A DNA stretch of 64,000 nt from Mytilus edulis (lineage: Eukaryota): positions 8,928,001 to 8,992,000 of the forward strand of contig NC_092350.1 in the NCBI RefSeq assembly GCF_963676685.1. The letters are read 5' to 3'. The position numbers and the translations under genes were made by a program. Of the stretch, positions 22,601-34,600 are shown piece after piece. Under the pieces are notes generated by a model. The model saw only the letters and a list, made by a program, of their open reading frames with translations. It did no database searches and was not told where the DNA came from. The number at the start of each line of letters is the position of its first letter. The first letter of the stretch is position 1.

Positions 22601-25600
22601 CACAATGTCCTTGACACGTGACCGCTGAACATCTCCTTATCAATTCTAGTGAACCTCCAGGTACAAGTTTAAATTGAGAATGAATCATTTTACTTTGTAA
22701 TCCAATCTGTCAAAAATGCAAAAAAAAAAATTCATCAGATTTTAAGCAATTATATTGACGCTAACATAGCATCAATTATTTAACATGTATTTTTTGGTGA
22801 ATTGATATTGTTGTTGTCGAGATGCTGTGTCACTGACGTTTATCACACATTACCTATCATCTATTCCATTGTGACATTGATTATATGCAGTATATTTTCG
22901 TACAATGAATAAATTAATGCTTTAACCATGGTTGCCTTGTAAGAATCTTGTATTTTGTTGAAGGGAATCTATTTCGAAGATACACATCTCCATTTATTTC
23001 AAGGATGTATTTCCTACCAAATAAAAACTTTTAACTGTTGGTATGTATGGAAAATTAATTAATCTGAAATGGTTCAATATTATGCAAAATGTTTTCTGTA
23101 CGTTTTACTGATTATCGGTTCTTAATTGCTGTATGTGCGTTGCATTATCGTCAATTCACAGTATTATTCCATACACATAAAGTGATAAAACTGTTACCTG
23201 GTTTACAGCCCAAACGCTAACAAACACGTTTTCAAACTTGGCCAGATTTTTCGTATCAACTTCAAATGTTTGAACAAAGCCTTCATCATGCTTATCAATT
23301 CCTGACTGATTGTGCAAGAACTCTTGTGGTGAACCAGATATCTACAATATGAACACAAATTAACGCAATCAAATAAACTGTCCCGGTCAATTACAGATGA
23401 CCGAAATAATGCTTTTCAGTTATTTGTTATATTTAGTTTAAAAAGAGATAGTACATACTAATTTTCCAACTTTTTATTTTCATATTATTTCAGTTAAGAT
23501 AGTTTCAAATTATGGGTCTTCCATAGTTGTAAGGAGTTGCTATTTTGTAATTTTATATATTTTTATGTTTATGAATGTTTATTTTCCATTTTTTTTTATA
23601 TTTTATGTCTTTTGTTCTTTAACAGACATGATGATACATATTCAGAGATAAATGTTTAAAAGAAACCAATAATTGAATGTCTTTGTTATGATACATGTAT
23701 TTATGAAGGCTTGAATACATACTCAATCATCAGGACAATTCTTACCTTATTAAAATCATCCATCATGTACTTGCTACCGATAGATACAGAGTACTTTTCG
23801 ATTCCAGTATGAAGATCTGTAAACCCTAACCATGATACCCACAGTTTATATCTTGACCAAGTCATCCAACCATTAACATGACGATGTAGATTTGCTGCAT
23901 GGTCAGTTCTTATAGCAAACATGCCTTTAAAATTGAAACTTGAAATGGGGAATGTGTGAAAGAGACAACAACCCGACCATAGAGCAGAAAACACATGTCT
24001 ACCCTATACTATAAATTTTCTTTCAAATATTTCCATCAATACGTTTGATCGATGTGGTAAAAGGTCATTCAAAGACTTTCATTTAACAAAACTACATGCT
24101 GTATGAATTGAACTGCTTTACAATTTCAACTATGATTCATTTTTTTCATTTGATTTCATGTACAATATTTACATATGTAAGGAACATGATGTATATGTTG
24201 CATGTATACTTATAATTGCTTCATATTAGATGGATGAATAAAATTGAGAAAGGAAATGGTGAATATGTCAAAGCGACAACCACCCGACCATAGAGCAAAC
24301 AACAGCCGAAGGCAACCAATGGGTCTTCAATGTAGCGAGAATTCCCGCACCCGTAGGTGTCCTTCAGCTGGCCCCTAAAATATGCATAATAGTACAGTGA
24401 TAATGGACGTCATACTAAACTCCGAATTATACACAAGAAACTAAAATTTAAAATCATACAAGACTAACAAAGGCCAGAGGCTCCTGACTTGGGACAGGCG
24501 CAAAATTGCGGCGGGGTTAAACATGTTTATGAGATCTCAACCCTCCCCCTATACCTCTAGCCAATATAGAAAAGTAAAAGAATAACAATACGCACATTAA
24601 AATTCAGTTCAAGAGAAGTCCGAGTCTGATGTCAAAAGATGTAACAAAAGAAAATAAATAAAATGACAATAATACATAAATAACAACAGACTACTAGCAG
24701 TTAACTGACATGCCAGCTCCAGACCTCAATTAAACTGATTGAAAGATTATGTCTTCATCATATGAATATCAGGTACAATCCCTCCCGTTAGGGGTTTAGT
24801 ATCATACTATCATAAAATATATGAGAAGAACATAACCCGTGTCATGCCAACAACTGTTTTTTTAAGAAATAAATGTGTTTAGTTCCGATGCAAAGACCCT
24901 ATCAGTGAATCAATGTTAAGGCCAAAATATGCAATCTTTAATGACCTGACAACAGTATCGTAACTATATCCCCTTTTAATAAGTCTATTTAAAGGTTTTG
25001 TTAGTTTCTGAGGAGAATACTGACATTTTTGTGCTTTATAAAGAATATTTCCATAAAATTTTGGATGTGAAATACCTGAACGTATAAGATGTCTGCATGT
25101 TGAGTTATATTTACGAATTATTTCCTTATACCGGTGATAAAATTTAGTAAATGTTTTGACCAGTTTGTGATATCGAAAACCCTGGTGTAATAATTTTTCA
25201 GTAATACATAAATTTCTCTCGCTAAAATCTAATACATTGTTACATACACGAGCGAATCGTACAAGTTGAGATATATAAACACCATAAGATGGTGACAAGG
25301 GAACGTCACCATCTAAAAATGGATAATTAACAATAGGAAATGAAAAATCATCTCTTTTATCATAAATTTTTGTATTAAGCTTCCCGTTTATGATATAGAT
25401 ATCAAGATCGAGGAAAGGGCAGTGGTCATTGTTATCATTAGCTTTATTTAAAGTAAGTTCTACAGGATAAATTTCTTTAGTATACATACTGAAGTCGTCA
25501 TTATTTAGAGCCAATATATCATCCAAATATCTAAAAGTATTGTTCAATTTTTGTATCAAATGTTGTTTTGATGGGTCTTTGCTAATTTTAGTCATAAATT

Positions 25601-28600
25601 GTAACTCATAACAATACAAAAACAGGTCCGCAATAAGTGGTGCACAGTTAGTCCCCATTGGAATTCCAATAACTTGACGATATACGGAATCTCCAAAGCG
25701 AACAAAAATGTTATTAAAAATTCAAGTGCATAAATAGTATCGATAAATGGACTACCGTTTTAACACACAAATCTGTTACAAGGACGACCATCTTTTCTGA
25801 ACTGAGATTGAGATTTAGGTACCAGTTTCTACATTTGAAAAATTCCTGTACCAAGTCCGGAATATGACAGTTGTTGTTCTTTCGTTTGATGTGTTTTATC
25901 ATTTGATTTTGCCATTTGATTAGGGACTTTCCGTTTTGAATTTTCCTCGGAGTAGTTTTGGGATTTACTTTTAGAGAGTAATCTCATACTAAATGTTGCA
26001 TTGCAACAACTGGTCGTCCTTGTAACAGATTTGTGTGTTAAAACGGTAGTCCATTTATCGATGAAATGTGAAGAAACATCGTCTTCAACAGTTAATAAAA
26101 GTTTATCGGTAGAAATATATACTTTTATTTTACACATTTGAACATTAATCGAACCCATGCTTTTCCACACTTACTGCATGCATCAGTCATAAGACATTCT
26201 CTTCTGAATTATTCATAAGTTCAAAATTTCTATGGCGTATCCACTTATTGGATATGTTCATACACTAAATGATTTTGTTAGTTACAATTACTTCTTAGTC
26301 TTGTCTCATTTTTACAACTAAACAAATATCTTTTTCACCATTATCAAGAAAACAGTGCAAAGCTTAAGTCCTTGGGTTGATTCTCATCTTATAATGATTA
26401 CCTGGTGTAGGTGGTGAACTGTCTACCATGATTCCTCTAGATTCGTCTTCAACACATACTTTGGCACCATTACAAACTATAAGTTTTATTGTATAATTCC
26501 CACCATCATGCAAATCAAGTTGTGAAAATGTATACTCTCTCACTATACCATTTAACTATATAAAAGATCGAAAAATCAGTCGAATGAGTTGCAAATGTAA
26601 ATATGTGTTTTCCCCATATGAAACAATGTAAGAATATACTAGTATATATTTTGTATAATCAAGGGTTTTATCATGAAGGATTAAATTAAAGTGAGATATG
26701 TCAGATACAACGTTACAGTATGATTTATTAACTGTTTTCTTTTATATCTTTACACATTTTCTCTAATTAAAAAGGTTTTTATTCTTTTATCTATTTTCTG
26801 TGTTACCGTCTTTGTAGTGCCAAAGAGACAAACTACGCTACCATGGAACAAAACCCACTGTAAGGCCATCAATGGGTATATACTTAGTATGTTTGTTACC
26901 TCCGTTGATGATGTATTAAACTCTCCTCCTTTATGTGATGCAATAGATAGATACTGGCGCTGTATGAATGATTCTTTGTCTTCTACCTCCCACTGGATTT
27001 TAATAGTACTCCTAAATACAACTGAAGTATCTTTTATTGAACCAACATCGGCAGATAAGTACGGTTTAACTTTTATTGATGGTGGTGAATTATCAATGTA
27101 GAACCCGTTTGATGTAGCCTCCGTAGTTAATCCTATAAATGTGAGACAACAGACTCAGACATAACCAAAAAGAAAACATCACTTTATAAATTGTTTTTTT
27201 TATCCAAATCTCCTTTCTGAATTCACCTTGATTAGGGTTAATATCCAAATAATAGAAATCAAAGGATGTAAAAGAACATATCAAAAATACCAACAAAAAC
27301 AAACAAATTGATTTTATGATTTAATAATTTTAATCTTAATAATACACTATGGTTTTAATCTTCATAAACAAAATATTGTTTCTCACATCGAATTCTTCAA
27401 TGTTAATGTATTCACTTAAACTCTGATAGTAAACGTTTAAAAAAAGTAATGTAAATATGACAGCTCACATTGATTTCTAAAACAAATGAAATTATATCAT
27501 TTTAATAATACCTGCTTTATTGTACGCTTTTATTGTAATGTAAATACGCTGTCCTAATGGCAGTTTATGTGGTAGATCTGGTTCAACTAGAAGATCAGTC
27601 TGTGGTAAGTGTGTTGATTTTACTATATCATCCTGACCTGGCTTCGTTCCAGCTCTCCATGAGAATTTGTCTATACCCGACTGTGGGTCCGTAAATCCGT
27701 ACCATCTAGCAGAAAGGTAACGCCTATAACAGAATTGAAATATTAATATTAGAAGTGGTTAATTTCTATAAGCATCTGCTCACAGTTTGACATTACGAAA
27801 ATATTTAAAAATTTATCAAGAGTCTAAAATAAGTTTATAGATAAACAGAGAATACCATCACTTGGAAAAACATTCAAATAGACAAACAAATTTACCAATA
27901 TTATGCTTTGTAGAAAAGTTCAACTTGAGTAAATGAACGTCATTAAAACCCAGGGCTCACTAAACCTAGTTGATTTGTATAACAACTCGTGTAGATGTGA
28001 TGTGAACAATTACAACATTAAATCAATTTCTTATGAAAATACTTTTTGGCACATCTAATATGTGTGCCTTCTCCTTAACCTGAATATGCATGCAAACGAA
28101 ACTATATAAACGGTTTCTCTCAATACGTTTAACTACAAAGTGTTTTTCGAGGTTTATATATTTGAATCATGCTGTTTTTACCTCAATGACTGATATTCTA
28201 AGTCATACACATCTACACCATCTAGTACTATTCCTTGTGTTGGTGGGCTGTTGTCAATAACAACACCATCTGACGTCACAGATGTACACATGTCAGCTGT
28301 ATTACATGCTGTGATAGTAGTATAGTATCGAATGCCTGATCCCAAATGCATATGACATAAGGTGTAATCTAACAAATAAGAAAAGAATCGCGTTAGTATC
28401 TATAGAAGCCCAACTATTTAACATCAGATTCCTGACTTATGACAGACGCAGAGGGTTTAGTACCAACATTCGTATTTAGCTGAAGCAATAGTGTAACGTC
28501 ACAACATGATGTCTGTTTGTTTTGCTCACACATTGATGTGACTAAGATGGAATTCTTACTTATGGCATGTGCAAACAAAAGCATTTTCGAGGTATGATAC

Positions 28601-31600
28601 GAGTGTAGAGCAGATATTTTCGGGATCAAGTCTTACGATTTGTTTTACGTCAACGATCAGTGGTTTTTTGTTATCATACATTTGTAACCACACATATTAT
28701 TTCTATATTTAGAAATACCAAGCATGGATTTGTTCATGCAAGTGCAGGGTACATTCGTATATCGATTAACATTTGTGTGCACAAGACACATGTCCTTTAT
28801 AACAACCATGTATTCTAAACCAAATAAATTTCATTAGATCTTCATTAGAGTTAACGGTTCTTATTAACTCTGCCCTGCTAAACATGCAAAAACGATACAC
28901 TTATCCTAAATATGAACTTATTTCCCAGTATATCGGTAATTCCTTCGAGTGAAACCAGTTTCATTTTGTAAAATCCATTTAAGCATGTCAGCATGCTATA
29001 CATGTCAGCATGCTATACATATCAGCATGCTATACATATCAGCATCCTATAGTATTATATTTACTTATATAGATAAAAAGAAAATACATCTGCAATGAAC
29101 TGTATAACTATAATGAAACATGTGCTGTTGCAGTGTTTAAAGGTAAGAAGTTTTAAAAACGAACATCCTATTACCATGAATACCATTTCATTTTTTTTTT
29201 AAACACAATAAATTTGGGCAGATTGAAATATACAGGTTACAAAAAAGATCGGCAGATACAGTTTAAAATTCATTGATACCTTTAACAGTGGCATAATATT
29301 CATGCCCATTCTGTGGCCGCACATTTAAGCATGTCAGCATGCTATGCATGTCAGCATGCTATACATATCAGCATGCTATACATATCAGCATCCTATAGTA
29401 TTATATTTACTTATATAGATAACAAGAAAATACATCTGCAATGAACTGTATAACTATAATGAAACATCTGTTTTCTTATATCAATTATAGGACACATTGA
29501 TAAATATTTACTTTTATAGTGTTTGTCGTAAAAATTTAAACTTACTATATGTTATTCCGATATCCTGGTTGACTAATAAGTCTTCACATTCTGGACAGGT
29601 TCCGATGCTGACATAATATGACTTGATGGTAGAATGTGGATCGTGATAACCTTCCCAGTAGGCAGACAGTGTCTTCACATCTGTCTGGTAATCTCTGTCC
29701 TTCATATATGACAGAGCTGATTCAACACTACCATCGTATACATGACCAGCCACTGGTGGTGACATGTCATATATGTAAGCCCAAGACGACGATGTGCTGA
29801 TAAGGTTTGCTCTGTTAACAGCCTAACATTAATACAAATTATAAATTCAGTATCATGTTTGAACATTAATCATAGACACCAACATACCGAGCCAGTTTAA
29901 AAGCATGTAGTTCAGTATCTTATAAGTAAATATAATATACTAACATAAGTAACAGGCCATCGCGATTACGTTTTCGTTATCATATTTTTCGTGGATATTT
30001 TTCGTTTTTGTTTTATTTGTTGAATAAAACCCAATTTATCATTTCCAAGATATTTTGAACCCGTTGCATGATAAGTTTAAGCACGAGAAATATTCTGTCT
30101 ATATAGCAAGGTAGCACTAATCATTAAAAATTATCCCTTTATTGTACAGCAGATATAATATAATTTACCTTAACGGTAATAAAGTAAGCATGACCTTCAT
30201 GTATATTAATGTTTGTATCTTCAGCGGATACCCCACAATCTAGTGTTGTCTTTGTAAATGGTATAATATCGTCATGTCCAGGATGAGATCCTACTGACCA
30301 TAGGTAATGGTCAATTCCACTATCTTTATCTAAAAAGACATCTCTCCAACTGTAATGTAAAATGTATTCAAGATTAGACCATAACAGTTTCAGAATGCAA
30401 TGCAAAGCAAAAGATATAGATTGCTATGAATCACACACCTTTCATTTTCATATTACATTTTTCTACAAATATTTATATACATCTCTCTTCTTATATAAAA
30501 TTAATATATTGAAATTGTATGTTTTGTTAGTAGTTTTGGTATTGACGTTTTGGAGGTCAATGGACATAAAATATTTTCAGATGAAAATAAATCTCCTTCT
30601 GGTACGAAAATATCCTTTATAAAGTTTAATCGTTTTGGTATTGCTCCATCAATCATTTAAATATTTGATTTAACCGAAAAGTGATTAAAGTCATAACTTT
30701 ATAGATATTGACCAAATAGTATATTTTGTAATATTTTGTGTAGTCACAATTTAACGAGTTAAGCGCATGCAAGATATAAAAGCTACATCAACCGTGATAT
30801 GAGCTTTTGAAATTTATATACCAAGCATTGATTTCACTCATATCAGACATATGCCGCCCTTCAATAGTTATTGGTTTGTCAGACTTTTCTGGCGGTGTAC
30901 CGTCAATTTTCACTGGATGTGAATCTGCTATTGCACTTCGAGTTGCAAAGTCGAGTGCTGAAATACAAAAGAAACTGAATTTACATTATAATCGTAGGAT
31001 TGTATTTATAAAAAAGTTCTGTGTTAAAATATGAATAAAAAGGATAAGTATCCCGTAAAGACAGTTTGATGGCAAAAATTAAAGCTCGAAATCATTTCAT
31101 ATCTGACTATGACCTTTGCATGTCAGGTTGGTTCTATATATATATATATATGTCATAGTTGTTGTTTGTTTTATATATATTGTGTGTTTTTGCGGTGAAA
31201 GGTTGGATAAATAACGGTTAATTATATTATATATCTGTTGTAGTTTCTGTACATGTATTTTAAGCATGTTAGTGAAACTTTTATCAAATGAGTTGATGAA
31301 AACCGAGTATTTGTAATAGGCATGTGTTGCAGTGTTTAAAGGTAAGAAGTTTTAAAAACGCACATCCTATAATAATGAATACCATTTCATTTTTTTTTAA
31401 ACACAATAAATTTGGGTAGATTGAAATATACAGGTTACAAAAAAGATCGGCAGATACAGTTTAAAATTCATTGATACCTTTAACAGTGGCATAATATTCA
31501 TGCCCATTCTGTAGCCGCACATCATGTATTGTGTAATGGTTAACAAGTCCGACTATTGTATATGGAAATACATCTGTTCCTCCTTTCGTTGATCCTGGAA

Positions 31601-34600
31601 TTAAAATTATACAACAACTTGTATTTGGTTAAAGAAAAAAAATAATAACCCCGGCTTATGCATGAAATGAAAGAGTAGATCCAAATAATTGTTGAAACCA
31701 GGGGGAAAATTAACCGTTTACTTCCTAATGTCTTTCTATTGAGACAAAGAGTTTTATTTATACCATCCAATAACAAGCATGATTTGTATATAAGAGTATA
31801 TAAACGTTTGTTTTCTTACCGATTCCAATTTGATATTCTTTAATTCCCGAATTATGGACAGTTTTTTTATATTCCTCCACATCGGTAAATGCATCCCAGC
31901 TGACGAAAATATCTGACGACGATGACTTTGAACAGAAAATACAGATTTAGTTTACATATATATTTACATGTTATAAGCGATACTGTTATGACAGGTCCGT
32001 TAATTGACACTTGAAAACATCGTATACACGAATATTTGATTTAAAACTACCATGAAATCAGTTCACTCAATAGTAATGCTTTATTCAAAGAGTAACGAAA
32101 TATACCAAAGGGATAATAAGTCAACAACAAACTGTCAATGCTCTCTATAAATACGAAAAGTATACAAAACACAACGTAGTAAATTAATGGCTTAGCAACA
32201 CAACCCCTTCCAAAACAACGCAGTAAGTAAATTGTCCATGTTGCTAATGATTCCGCCAAAACTACTAACCCATCGGCTGCACCTGAACTAATTTCAACCC
32301 ATTTACCGTGATAGTAATACCCAATATTTAGCGTTCTCTAGTATGATTTGCTTACTTTGTTTGTCTTTCACTTGTGTCGTAGTATTGGACCGTTTGGATT
32401 ATAGCTCTTCATCTTTTATATAGCTGTGGATTTTAAATATTTTGGCCACGAGCATCACTTAAGAGACATGTATTGTCGAAACGCGCATCTGGTGCAGGAA
32501 AATTGGTACCGTTAATGTTATTACTACCACTGGGTCGATGCCTCTGCTGGTGGACTGTTAGCCCAGTAGCCAGTACTTCGGTATTGGCATAAAAATGCGG
32601 ATTTTTTGTTATTAAAATTTGCTGTTACAAAATGTTAGAAATTATTATAAATCAAGGAATGTATCTCCCTCATGCAAAGCTCTGATTCCTTTTCATGGAT
32701 TTGGCTATACTTTTTGGACCTTTTGGATTATAGCTCTTTATCTTTTGTATAGCTTTGGATTTCAAATATTTTGGCCAAGAGCATCCATGAAGAGACATGT
32801 ATTGTCGAAATGCGCATCTGGTGCAGGAAAATTGGTACCGTTAATGTTATTGCCTCTAATTCGTCTTAATTAATTAAACGTTATAATATCCATACATTCT
32901 TACCTGATATTTCTTATCGGGATCAATACCAATCCACACGTGACCTGGTGTAGGTGGTGTTAAATCAACCGTAACTCCATCACTGCAAGTGTTAGTTTCT
33001 TCTAAAACCTCTGTCCACTTCTCGAACTGTATCTCTGTCCTTGGTGCATGGATACAAACTATGTATCGTTTTCCATGTTCTAATTCTTCATTTACATTGA
33101 ATACAATGTTAACGTATTCTTTGTCTAAAATATATAAAAATTCGGAATGTCAAAAAATTGACAATATTCCGACTCAAAACTTGTATTCAACAGCTAGAAG
33201 TAGGCTGCATTTTGTAAACATACTTAATATTTCCAGATGAATTTCAAACAAAACTCAAGTGAATAACCATTTAAGTGGCTCGGGCCTTTTCAATGTTTCT
33301 GTCAGAAGAGCTGTATTTCTTATATTTTAATCTTTACAGAGAGTGAATCAAATTTGTCGGAAAAAAGTGAGGTTCCAGACTATTTAACTTCAAGCCCAAA
33401 ATATTACTTTTAAAAAGGTATGTAAAAGGGACCGATTGTCACTGAAATGATAGGGAAAATAGAGGTGTTGACATATTTTTTGCGTTATATCAAAAAACTG
33501 TCTGTGACACTTGGTCCAAAACTGTAATATAAAAAGCTGATATAAAGCTTCAAAGAGTAAGCAAATAAAAAATATAGGTCACCGATAAGGAAAACTAATA
33601 AAATAGTTTTGCATTAATACCCAAAATTTTGGCAGGAAAATGGTGGAATTGGGTGAAATGTCATTTTGAGCCTTTCACAGATACACTTAATAACAGTTAT
33701 ATGTTTTAGTGACAAAAAAAAAATAAGTAAACATTTTAATCAATCAAGATAATAAAAAAAATAATAGTGAATTTACGACACTACCTTTTCCTGTGCTTGG
33801 ATATTCATACGTGAAATTATGCGCAGTCGCATAGTCCCGATCCCCCATAAATTGTATCCATAAAACCTCTTACATTTTACGTTCTGACAAAATCAATTTA
33901 CACGAAAATTATATAAAGTTTATATATTATATAAAAAAAGGTGATTTGATTGACAATGAGACACCTTTCTACCAGACACAAAATGAATGCAGAAGTTCAC
34001 CTGTAAATCCGCATTTAATAGAATCCGGATGTGAACAGGGATCCTTCAATTGTAGCTTGGCATCATCTTTATAGTAACTCGTGATATCTAAATTCTCAGA
34101 GTCGATGACAGCCCATGTGTAGTTCTTGTGACGTAATAATGGCCACACTCCTGATATAATATTTTTATACGGTGTATAGTCAACATCAGACTCATCCCAT
34201 CTGCCGTTCTCCTCTAGATAAATGTCATGCCCGTATCCATCACGTTTTGTTCCATCTAAGTGAATGAAAGTAATAACATAGTGAGCATCAGATTACCATT
34301 ATTTATCTAAATGCAAATTTAATACATGATGTATAAGTGCAAATATATTACTATATGTTTATGTATATTTAAAATCAAAACATGCTGGTAATTTACTTCC
34401 TTTAGAAAAAGGAAAACAACACTTTAGAAATGTAATACGTCAAAAGCTTTTTTGGGATTTGTCTTCATAATAATAAATAATAATCTTTTATTCGTAAGCA
34501 ATATAACTTACAGAATATAAATATTACAAATATTCAATTACATCAGTGAAATATATTTACATTTAAACAATTAGTCAAATAATCATATAAGTAAGTATAC

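Larger units (their letters stand above)
24239..25741 (-). mobile_element. 5'-truncated Penelope-like retroelement, Naiad-type (RT at C-terminus), copy 1
   Basis: RT motifs QVIGIPMGTNCAPLIADLFLY, FRYLDD, CPFLDLDI and YDKRDDF..YGVYISQLVRFARVC. The ORF stops (GSLHRN*) with no C-terminal GIY-YIG. The ~640 bp 3' UTR is shared with copy 2. Confidence 0.85.
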
